In this document: positions 34,826-42,742 of the stretch, in pieces
How the letters are laid out: each line of letters opens with the position of its first letter
How positions within the stretch are numbered: position 1 is the first letter of the stretch
Source of the DNA: a virus
Lineage: Duplodnaviria; Heunggongvirae; Uroviricota; Caudoviricetes
Reading direction: 5' to 3' (one strand)
IMG/VR virus record: IMGVR_UViG_3300025066_000017
Length of the DNA: 64,000 nt
Program-made: the position numbers and the translations under genes
The notes under the pieces: generated by a model
Seen by the model: only the letters and a program-made list of their open reading frames with translations
The model's database searches: none
Told to the model about the DNA's origin: nothing

Positions 34826-37174
34826 TTATTTAATTTTATTGATTTCTTCTTGTAGCGCTATGCCAGGATTCGGCAGTATTGTTTCTGCCCTTCTATAGGG
34901 ATCCCACATAGAACCAACCGTGTCTTCTTGATCTATCCAGGGAGGCTTCCCTGCTTTTGCCCGATCTTCCATCACAGGAATTCTCGGTTCGGATGGAATA
35001 GTTTCACCAAAGATGGCTCTTGCCTTTACTGCCTCACCCCTTGTGATGTATTGCAAGAAGACAAGATGACCAAGAGGATCAACACCCTTACTTTGAGCTT
35101 CTTCTATCCCTTTTTCTATTGTGGGAAGCACCGTAGAAATACTTCTAAACACTGTTCCTCCAGATTGTTCTGCAAGTAGAAGAACCTGAACAATATCTCC
35201 CTTCTTTCTTGGATTCCATACTTTCCTATCTACAAGAGGTTGTTCTTTCTTTTTTGTTCTTGCTACTGGAGTCGAACCATCTGATTGAAAGACTTTTACC
35301 GAATCTGGTGGGGCATAATCAAAACGAAGTTTTGGATTCTCCCACCCTGAAGGCTGCCCTCTGGTAACAGTTAATGTTGTCACCATGATACCAGGATGAT
35401 GCCACTCATGAGCAACACCCTCGATATAAAATGTCTCATTGCGCGGAGACAATATGTCTAAAGCCATTCCCGGTCTTGCTTTTGGCATCCCCGGAATTAC
35501 TATTTGTCCCGCCAAATAGTAAGGCTGGTGTTGATACCAAAGGTCATGAGCCATTATGGTGCGAACAAGAAAATCAAATGCAGCATTTGAATCCATCTTG
35601 GCATCACCTGTGAACATAAACTTTGTAGCAAGTTCATTCACACGTAATCCGTGACGTCTTATTGATTCATGAGTAAAGAGTGGGATCAATCCATCCAGCA
35701 GCAGTACGTATTTTTCATGCTGCATTGGCATCGCTGATTGACTAATTGTCCAAAAGTTAAATGTGTCGTTATCTGAGGTGCCTAGAGATTCCGAGATAAT
35801 ATCAGATGGTCGTATTTCAACTCTGTCTATATAGCGAGATCCCGAGAACCCCCCATAGGCTGATGTAACCCCTGCCAGTCTTTCTCCTAAATTGGATAAT
35901 CCCTCTGCACTAAAATCATTCCCCTGCTCTTGTTTCAAAAAAGACGACACGTCTCTAAAAATCTCATCCCCAAGACCATGTATTTGCAACCGAGGAACAC
36001 TCGCTGGTTGCTCGGGTGATGAAAAGAATATATTGCCATACCGTATATTTCGAGAAGCACCCTTCTTTTTACTAGGTAACTGAAAAACATTATCAACCCA
36101 AGAAAAAGGCTTTTCTCTTATAAAAAGCGTCGGAGTGTATGCAGGACCCTGCCCCCACTCGTCTTTTGCGAATTGCAGCGCTGGTAGCCTGGAGCGTGCC
36201 AGAGAGACAAACATCTCATTCATTATAGGATTCACATTCGACATCATCATTCGCCATACGGAGCCTGTCAGGTCTGTTGTAGGCGAGTTTTGAACCATCC
36301 CATCGACATAGGGATCCTCAACTCTTGAAAAGAAGTCCATCACGGATGACAGAGAATTAGAGGGAACCTCTCCTTTATGCTTCCTCTGTATGCTCTGCAG
36401 AATACTCCCTCGTTGCGGACCCGGCTGTCCTAAACGAACATTGTGAATACCTGCCTGCTCTTCCAATTTTAGACCCAGCTCCAAGAAGTCTTGGAGCCTA
36501 GCATCCCTATCCCCTCGAGTATCCAAGCCTGTTGGGTAATTGTCGGGCATTACAAACTGACCCGCATATCCTAAATATGTAAGAGCAATAGCTCGAGCCA
36601 GTGTCGTCGGAGTTCCAGATAGAGGTACGTGCTTTGTAAGTGTCGACAAACCCGGCATCATCGCACCAAATAATGTCTTAGGCCCCAGCATCTCGTTATA
36701 ATAAACGCTGCTTCTTTGAAATGCTTTAATAAAACCAGAACACGCAATCTCACAACGAACACTCGTTTCACCAGAATCCTTATCCACCACTACTGTTTTG
36801 CGAACAGAGTCAATAAATCCAAACAAAACTCTATCATTATCTTCAGGTGAGTTTGGTTGTCCTACTACACCAAACCCAATAGGTGAATCGTTTCCTGTAG
36901 AGAAATAAACAGAAATCCAATCATTTGCGAAGAAAATCTCCCACCATGGCAAAGTTGGCAATAGAGTTATCTGCGCTTTGCCAGAACCAAAACCATCTTC
37001 GGTCCCACATTTTACAACTGCAGATCCTACCGTATATCTCCCTGTTCCCAAGTTTCCACGATACCGAGGATGTACAGAATGTGTTGCTATAAAGACATCA
37101 CAAGTTGAATGATAGTTATGTATCTGAGAAACATAACGTGAAACTGCATTTTGGAGACTGCTTTGGATTGCCAT
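34826..37174 (-). CDS. Tail/baseplate hub-region protein (position of gpU/gpD-like functions)
   Basis: 782-aa ORF, translationally coupled to the tape measure gene (2-nt gap). Confidence 0.45.
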   Translation of the reverse strand: MAIQSSLQNAVSRYVSQIHNYHSTCDVFIATHSVHPRYRGNLGTGRYTVGSAVVKCGTEDGFGSGKAQITLLPTLPWWEIFFANDWISVYFSTGNDSPIGFGVVGQPNSPEDNDRVLFGFIDSVRKTVVVDKDSGETSVRCEIACSGFIKAFQRSSVYYNEMLGPKTLFGAMMPGLSTLTKHVPLSGTPTTLARAIALTYLGYAGQFVMPDNYPTGLDTRGDRDARLQDFLELGLKLEEQAGIHNVRLGQPGPQRGSILQSIQRKHKGEVPSNSLSSVMDFFSRVEDPYVDGMVQNSPTTDLTGSVWRMMMSNVNPIMNEMFVSLARSRLPALQFAKDEWGQGPAYTPTLFIREKPFSWVDNVFQLPSKKKGASRNIRYGNIFFSSPEQPASVPRLQIHGLGDEIFRDVSSFLKQEQGNDFSAEGLSNLGERLAGVTSAYGGFSGSRYIDRVEIRPSDIISESLGTSDNDTFNFWTISQSAMPMQHEKYVLLLDGLIPLFTHESIRRHGLRVNELATKFMFTGDAKMDSNAAFDFLVRTIMAHDLWYQHQPYYLAGQIVIPGMPKARPGMALDILSPRNETFYIEGVAHEWHHPGIMVTTLTVTRGQPSGWENPKLRFDYAPPDSVKVFQSDGSTPVARTKKKEQPLVDRKVWNPRKKGDIVQVLLLAEQSGGTVFRSISTVLPTIEKGIEEAQSKGVDPLGHLVFLQYITRGEAVKARAIFGETIPSEPRIPVMEDRAKAGKPPWIDQEDTVGSMWDPYRRAETILPNPGIALQEEINKIK

Positions 37175-37176
37175 CG

Positions 37177-39288
37177 TTATTTTTCTGCACCACCCTTTCT
37201 CACAACACCCACACCCTTTCCATAAACCTTTACATCGACCTGTTTATTCTTTTTTAGAGTTCTATATATGCTCGTTAATAATCGAAGCATTTTTTCTAAA
37301 CCTGTAGCACTTCCTTTGTCTATAGGCATACTGCCTATAGTGCCATACTTAGCTACTATCTTATGTGTATTTTGAGTAGTGTAAGGAAGTTGACTATAGG
37401 CTTCGGTTACCATTTTCTTCGATTTCTCCAGACCAAAACGTTGAAGCATATCCATTGCCCCTCCTCTTGAAAGTCCTCTGCTTATATCTACTTCTGTTCC
37501 GGACTTCTCATTGTACACATTAAGGAACGCTCCCCACCCATTGCTCATACCAGAGAACATATTGCTAGAACCACTATACGCTTTTGCAAAAGCACCAATC
37601 CCTTGCAAAAGCTTTGTCACCGATCCAGAAATCGCCTGTATGCCTGTTCGCACAGGCCCTGCAATGGCTCTCATTCCATCTCTAATTAGAGGAACGAGGG
37701 TTTTTATATCTTCGAACATTGGTCCCACCATGTGAAGCATCGATTGCTGGATGCTATCAATCGAGAACAATGTATCCAGCTGATTAGAACCAAGATTGGC
37801 CATTCGATCAAAACGTTTTGCCAAAATAGCTGGGAATCCTCCAAACTTCTTCATCGCTGCCCACGCTTCCCTTTCTGCCCTGGGTCGGCTCTCTGCTTTT
37901 TCTTTCTCCTTTATGTCTTGAATCTTTTGTCTCGCTTCTTCAGGCGAAAGCTTTCCTTGCTTCTGCTGCAGATAAACCTTGCTAAACTCTTCTGCCATAT
38001 GGATTGAACCCATCCCCATCCCTTTGAATGCAAGCTTACCCGCATCCGACAAACCTCCTTGCTTGTTTGACCCATACTCACTGCGAAGCTGCTCCATGAT
38101 TGCCATCATGTTGCCACCACCCGCCCCTTGTTCCTGACGCTTCAACACGTCAATGAGACCGGCTCCCTTGCCAAACCCAAAGGCCCTCATCGCAAAGGCT
38201 TGTTGGACTCCTGTGGCTCCCTGGATAGCGGAATGCGCCTGAGCCAAAGCCCCACCCGCAAAACGTCCCCTCATTCCTCCCAGTTGTAGTCGCGCCAACT
38301 CTTCGGCAAATCCCTTGTAGCCATCTTTACCAGGAGTAATCCGTATCTGCTGTTCAGATAGTTGATTAGCCGCCGCGAGAAACTCTCCGATCCTTGCGCG
38401 TTCGAGTCCGGTCTCAACTCCTAAAGCCAAGGATTCAGATATTGTTCGCATCATGGCGTCAGAACCTGCACCCCCTCTCAGGTTCTGGCGAGACATAATG
38501 CCTCCACCAAAAGCTAAGGATTCTTGACCCAATCCTCGCATTAGCTTTAGAGCATTTCTTCCTCCTCTTCTCCCTCCAGTAATTCCCTGTCTAGCCGCAT
38601 TTGCTTGAATCTGCGCAGCTTCCGCAGAGTTATATGCATAGTCCGCTCCGTGAGCATACTTTGCTTTTGGGCCTAAAACCGCGCTTCCTTCCATTCTTGC
38701 CCTGGTTTGCTTCTCATAAGATCCTATCGCTTCTCGGAAAGCAGAAACAAGAAATCCTAAAATACTACCCGCACCAAAGACACCCGCTTTTATTGCATTC
38801 CGGCTAGTCCATCCACCCGCAGTTTTAGCACCTCGGGCCATCCGACCACCAATGCCAACCTTACCCACACCAGGACCACGACCACCACCACCACCTGATT
38901 GATGTCGACGCTTGGATGCAGCATATCTCTCGTCTGCCTTCCTTGCTTTATCAGCACTGTCCATCAATTTGTTAAATTGTTGTTCCGCAGTCCTCGCTTC
39001 TTTTCCCAGAGCCTGAACAGTCTGTTGCATACCACGCAGACCCTGCTGCGCCTGTTGGCCTTGACGACGTACATTTTGCTTCATTCCCTTCCTTGAAGGA
39101 AACATCACTTGACCAAGAACTCCAGAATTACCACCACTACGATCCATATAGCTCATTGTGGTCTGCACAGTTCTCCTGGCAGAACGTAGAAAATTTTGTC
39201 TCGCCATCCTTTCCGACGCTGCGTCTAGCGTCAATATAAGAGGTACTTCAATTCCTTCTTTCGTAGCCATAACAAATCCTCGAATCAA
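37177..39288 (-). CDS. Tail tape measure protein
   Basis: 703 aa, Gly/Ala/Met/Gln-rich with long helical segments. Position is after the tube and chaperone genes and before the baseplate genes. Confidence 0.6.
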   Translation of the reverse strand: MIRGFVMATKEGIEVPLILTLDAASERMARQNFLRSARRTVQTTMSYMDRSGGNSGVLGQVMFPSRKGMKQNVRRQGQQAQQGLRGMQQTVQALGKEARTAEQQFNKLMDSADKARKADERYAASKRRHQSGGGGGRGPGVGKVGIGGRMARGAKTAGGWTSRNAIKAGVFGAGSILGFLVSAFREAIGSYEKQTRARMEGSAVLGPKAKYAHGADYAYNSAEAAQIQANAARQGITGGRRGGRNALKLMRGLGQESLAFGGGIMSRQNLRGGAGSDAMMRTISESLALGVETGLERARIGEFLAAANQLSEQQIRITPGKDGYKGFAEELARLQLGGMRGRFAGGALAQAHSAIQGATGVQQAFAMRAFGFGKGAGLIDVLKRQEQGAGGGNMMAIMEQLRSEYGSNKQGGLSDAGKLAFKGMGMGSIHMAEEFSKVYLQQKQGKLSPEEARQKIQDIKEKEKAESRPRAEREAWAAMKKFGGFPAILAKRFDRMANLGSNQLDTLFSIDSIQQSMLHMVGPMFEDIKTLVPLIRDGMRAIAGPVRTGIQAISGSVTKLLQGIGAFAKAYSGSSNMFSGMSNGWGAFLNVYNEKSGTEVDISRGLSRGGAMDMLQRFGLEKSKKMVTEAYSQLPYTTQNTHKIVAKYGTIGSMPIDKGSATGLEKMLRLLTSIYRTLKKNKQVDVKVYGKGVGVVRKGGAEK

Positions 39289-39292
39289 TAAA

Positions 39293-39311
39293 AACTTTAG
39301 AGTCTAAAGAT
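39293..39311. promoter_or_regulatory. Palindrome variant copy 10 (plus degenerate second copy TTCTTTAGACCCCAAAGAT at 39351-39369)
   Basis: Upstream of the tape measure gene start (39288), downstream of the nuclease gene. Confidence 0.65.
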
Positions 39312-39373
39312 TCAATCCGGAAATATGGAAGAAAGACTAACCAGAATGAATTCTTTAGACCCCAAAGATATAT

Positions 39374-39799
39374 TTAAGCATATTCTACTGCATGACCTTG
39401 ACCGATCATCCAGTAATTAACGTACTTATAGCCTTCACCATCTTCTAGGAAAACATGGATGATATATCTCCCATATTTCCCCGCTTTATCTTTTTCAGAC
39501 CTGATAATGACTTCCTTGCCTTCGATCAAGTCTTGTAAAGCCTCCTTTGCCAGAAGTCCCTTCTCTCTTTCCTCGCCGCGAAGTTCCCATGCATCAATAC
39601 CCGCCAAACGCACGGTCTGATCTCGAAGCCAAACACCAAACCCCAATGAAATATCAAGTTTGACCGTATCTCCATCATATACAGATGTACAAAGCGCTCT
39701 GTATACATAGAAATCATTTTGATCCGGTGGCGATGTTTCGGCATCTCTTTCCCTCTGTGGAAAAATTGTTTGAGATGCGTTTGGCAACAATCCTGACAT
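39374..39799 (-). CDS. Staphylococcal nuclease (SNase/thermonuclease)-like protein
   Basis: VYDGDTVKLDI...VRLAGIDAWELRGEE...KYGRYIIHVF matches the SNase motifs (DGDT...RL.GID.PE plus catalytic Arg/Glu spacing). Confidence 0.7.
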   Translation of the reverse strand: MSGLLPNASQTIFPQRERDAETSPPDQNDFYVYRALCTSVYDGDTVKLDISLGFGVWLRDQTVRLAGIDAWELRGEEREKGLLAKEALQDLIEGKEVIIRSEKDKAGKYGRYIIHVFLEDGEGYKYVNYWMIGQGHAVEYA

Positions 39800-39810
39800 T
39801 TTGTCTACTC

Positions 39811-40395
39811 CTATTTCACAGCACCGATTGAATTCATAAACTCATCGAATTGCTCGGGGGGGATATTCCCTATAGCCGCATTATACCTGTCGGAAACTCT
39901 ATCCACTGGCATGTCTCTGAAGTCCATGTCTTCCTCTAATTTCCCATGAGATCTTTCCAGTTCATAAAGCTCTGCTGCTTCTCCCGTATATCGATCTCGG
40001 GCTTTTGGAATATAGATGGCTTCTCCGGTTTCTTCGTATTGTTTTTGAGCTAAGTGTCGAACTCTGGCGTCAAATCTTTTTGTTGACTCATCTTCACCTT
40101 CATCCAAGTCTGGCTCTATTCCCATAGCAAACTGACGTTCCCACTTGTCAAAGAGAGGATCTCCCGTAAGCGAAAGTTCGTATCCAAGGTGTCGGAGCCG
40201 TACCTTACGAGCCAACTCTTCATCGAACATATAGAGGTCTTCTAAATACTCAACTATCAAATCAGCCTGCTGGCTCATCCCCCATGACGGGTGTGTTATC
40301 GGAAGTTGGTATTTCTTCGTCCACCAAATCCTCAAGAGCGTTAGATGGTTCGGCTCTGTGATGTTCCTGATCGCTATGGCTTCCGCCATCTCCAT
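39811..40395 (-). CDS. ORF overlapping the 3' end of the upstream gene in the +1 frame; candidate second half of a tail-assembly-chaperone frameshift pair
   Basis: 134-nt overlap with ORF 40262-41038. Its frame is +1 relative to that ORF, as verified by hand translation of the overlap. It sits between the tube and tape measure genes, the position of the G/GT (E/E') pair. Confidence 0.35.
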   Translation of the reverse strand: MEMAEAIAIRNITEPNHLTLLRIWWTKKYQLPITHPSWGMSQQADLIVEYLEDLYMFDEELARKVRLRHLGYELSLTGDPLFDKWERQFAMGIEPDLDEGEDESTKRFDARVRHLAQKQYEETGEAIYIPKARDRYTGEAAELYELERSHGKLEEDMDFRDMPVDRVSDRYNAAIGNIPPEQFDEFMNSIGAVK

Positions 40396-41038
40396 GCTCT
40401 GGTTCTCTGGAATTAAGGATGCTTGCGCGAAAGGGGTCTACCAAGGCGGCTTTCTCGTAGATTAAATCTATGAGTTCCATATGGTAGACATTACCTCCTA
40501 TTATCTGGTTGTTATACCAAGGGGGACATTGCGTGATGGTGTATAAAAGAAAGCACATCCTGTCCGCAAGCTCATCCACACCATCTGGAATTCCCCACCC
40601 CGGATTAGTTGGATCGTAGTAATACCCATTCAGCATCGAGCCTTTGCGAGATTGTATGAGCAGTTGAGTGAAGACATTAGGGCGAACCACAGTGAAAGAC
40701 CCCACATAATGAATTCCTTCTATGGTGACATTAAGCTCAAACTGCCGCTCTAATTGAACCTTTGAAACAATGCTTCGCTTTGAATGGTCCAGGGGATGAG
40801 GGTTGGCTGGTGGTAGCCCCGTTTGGGGATGTCCGTAGGGAGACGGTTGCGTGTTTTGGGGCGGATGCCCACCCCATGCACCAGGAGGTTGTTGCCCTTG
40901 TGGAGGATATGGTTGTTGCCCTTGTGGAGGATATGGTTGTTGCCCTTGTGGAGGATATGGTTGTTGTTGGTATTGTCCCTGTTGAGGGGGATACCCTCCA
41001 GGATACTGTCCGGGTTTTCCACTTTGGCCATGGTTCAT
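40262..41038 (-). CDS. Pro/Gln-rich repeat protein; candidate tail assembly chaperone (upstream partner of overlapping pair)
   Basis: N-terminal (PYPPQGQQ)x3 repeats arising from 27-nt tandem repeats at about 40886-40975. Globular C-terminal half. Confidence 0.4.
   Translation of the reverse strand: MNHGQSGKPGQYPGGYPPQQGQYQQQPYPPQGQQPYPPQGQQPYPPQGQQPPGAWGGHPPQNTQPSPYGHPQTGLPPANPHPLDHSKRSIVSKVQLERQFELNVTIEGIHYVGSFTVVRPNVFTQLLIQSRKGSMLNGYYYDPTNPGWGIPDGVDELADRMCFLLYTITQCPPWYNNQIIGGNVYHMELIDLIYEKAALVDPFRASILNSREPEHGDGGSHSDQEHHRAEPSNALEDLVDEEIPTSDNTPVMGDEPAG
40886..40975. repeat. 3 x 27-nt tandem repeat (ggaggatatggttgttgcccttgtgga), coding for PYPPQGQQ repeats
   Basis: Direct reading of sequence at 40861-40980. 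Confidence 0.8.
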
Positions 41039-41082
41039 TTTGGGATCTCCTGATCGACGAAAGAAAGATCTTCTCTTTCTTC

Positions 41083-41496
41083 TTAAATTGTGGACTCGTC
41101 AATGCAACGAGTTGCAACAAAGGCGACGTTCTCGGTAACAATACCTCGAGCCGCCATATCAAAGTTCTTTGTAGTAGCTTTCACACCAATGAAGTGATAA
41201 GCCGTCCTTCCTGTCGCAGATTCTTCGACGGAAGCGGTTAAAGCACCATTTGTCAGAATGTTTGTGTGAATTGGGAAGATGCCGAGGTTTTTCAGAGATT
41301 TCGTGAGGACACGAAACACATTGGCGTTGAGCGATGTTCGATATCCCACCTCGACATACTCGAGAACCTCAACAAAGTCTAGAACATCGACAGGCTCCAT
41401 GTCGACGCTTTCTTCACCAGAAACACCACCCGCATAGGCGACCTTCTGACCATTGATCTTGAAACGACTGCGAACGCCTGCAAATACTTCTGCCAT
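41083..41496 (-). CDS. Tail tube-like / tail-associated small beta protein
   Basis: 137-aa ORF with a strong Shine-Dalgarno sequence (aaggagaaaacaagATG). Lies in the sheath-tube-chaperone segment. Assignment is by size and position only. Confidence 0.4.
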   Translation of the reverse strand: MAEVFAGVRSRFKINGQKVAYAGGVSGEESVDMEPVDVLDFVEVLEYVEVGYRTSLNANVFRVLTKSLKNLGIFPIHTNILTNGALTASVEESATGRTAYHFIGVKATTKNFDMAARGIVTENVAFVATRCIDESTI

Positions 41497-41701
41497 CTTG
41501 TTTTCTCCTTGAAGAAAAAAACATATTCATAACAACCCATAAGGACCTACAAAAAAAGGATTGGTATGAATACGTATGTGGAGATGTCGGGGATAGTTTA
41601 GAGATGAATGGGGAGTCGCGAGAGACTCATGGAACCCATTCTTTGGGGGGAGGCGCAACCGAGAGGGATTCGTGGGAGATGATGTGCCCTAGAGAAGCAG
41701 C
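41497..41701 (+). ncRNA. GGA-rich purine island (candidate CsrA-binding RNA element, strand-specific to the plus strand)
   Basis: At least 8 GGA/GGGA motifs in about 170 nt on the plus strand: aaggac, aaagga, tggaga, ggggat, atggaac, ggggggagg, gagggatt, tgggaga. The complementary strand (the mRNA strand of neighbouring genes) carries only one GGA, the tube gene's Shine-Dalgarno. Lies directly adjacent to the csrA homolog. Transcription was not tested. Confidence 0.25.
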
Positions 41702-41890
41702 CTACTGGGAGGGGTCGTTTGGGTCTGTTGTGCTTTCTTGCTTTTGGAGAAGTTCTTCTCTGTAGATACTGACATCCTTTGGGGCCTTAACCCCAAGCCT
41801 CACGGTCTTTCTCGTTATGGCTTTGACTTCGATGACAATATCTCCATTGATAATGATTCTTTCTCCAACCTTCCTTGTCAACGTGAGCAT
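41702..41890 (-). CDS. csrA: CsrA/RsmA family RNA-binding translational regulator
   Basis: MLTLTRKVGERIIINGDIVIEVKAITRKTVRLGVKAPKDVSIYREELLQKQ aligns along the full length with E. coli CsrA [52 protein letters not shown]. Size 62 aa; aaggaagg Shine-Dalgarno. Confidence 0.85.
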   Translation of the reverse strand: MLTLTRKVGERIIINGDIVIEVKAITRKTVRLGVKAPKDVSIYREELLQKQESTTDPNDPSQ

Positions 41891-41919
41891 TTGCCTTCCT
41901 TGGCACTGGAGGATGTTAT

Positions 41920-42486
41920 CTATCCGAAAACTTGGACTTTGTGTCGCTTGTCGTCGGCAAGGGCTCCAGGATGGATGGTGATGTAGTTGGCGTTGGTCTC
42001 CGCGATATTGTTGAGGCGAATCAACGAATTTTCAAAAGTCCAAGTGGGAGTGGCCCCAAGGACGCCTTTGATGCAGAAGTCTTTGATCGCCGCAAGACCC
42101 ATACCCCAAGCTTTGATATAAATCTCGCTAGTGGTTGTATCTTTTTCGATAAAGACGATAACCAGTTTGGGTTCAAAGCCGCAGTCGATTTCGAGCGTAT
42201 CGGTGTGTCGGAGATCTTTGGTCACATTCGGAGAAGCGGATGTGTCCAAGACTTTCGTTACATCCGTGTGCGTGTTCACACCTACCACTAGGTCGCAGAC
42301 GAGTTCGAACTCAATCTTTTGTTCATGTTTTCCCATAATACTCGCGAGGAAGCGAGCATCGACTTCGGGTGTTCCGCCAGGACCATCTCCGTGATCGCGG
42401 AGATTTGCGAGAAAACTACTGTGTTCGCCACCATGCGGGACAAGACGTGTGTTTGCCATGAGAGACTCCTTGATATCGTGCAACAA
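41920..42486 (-). CDS. Tail tube protein (putative)
   Basis: 188-aa ORF directly downstream of the sheath gene. The palindrome lies between sheath and this gene. Confidence 0.5.
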   Translation of the reverse strand: MLHDIKESLMANTRLVPHGGEHSSFLANLRDHGDGPGGTPEVDARFLASIMGKHEQKIEFELVCDLVVGVNTHTDVTKVLDTSASPNVTKDLRHTDTLEIDCGFEPKLVIVFIEKDTTTSEIYIKAWGMGLAAIKDFCIKGVLGATPTWTFENSLIRLNNIAETNANYITIHPGALADDKRHKVQVFG

Positions 42487-42608
42487 TCGCCCGCATCAAA
42501 ATAACAGGCGGATTTGATCAAAAATGACCAACTCGCGAAGATCATTTCTAGATCTTCAATTATGCATTCAAGCTATGGGAAAAAAAGAATCCCGTCAAGA
42601 AATAACGA

Positions 42609-42627
42609 AATCTTTAGACTCTAAAGT
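42609..42627. promoter_or_regulatory. Palindrome variant ATCTTTAGACTCTAAAGTT, copy 11
   Basis: Between the sheath stop (42743) and tube start (42486). Confidence 0.65.
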
Positions 42628-42742
42628 TTTATTTTCCGCACCTGCAATGAAAATAAACTTTAATAAGCAAAGCCCCTATTAAAGTTCTAAGGAGAAAAAC
42701 TTAATAAGGGCTTTGTGCGAACAGATTCTAATATTTTGTTGG

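Noticed and set aside
40750-41241. Track ORFs 40750-41031 (-), 40762-41241 (+), 40823-41053 (+) with repeated HKGNNHIL / LPLWRIWL peptides
   Set aside because: These are alternative-frame translations of the 27-nt tandem repeat that encodes PYPPQGQQ in the supported frame.
41083-41496. FliW-like CsrA antagonist next to csrA
   Set aside because: The 137-aa neighbour was compared by eye with FliW and shows no resemblance. It fits a tail tube-like protein by position.
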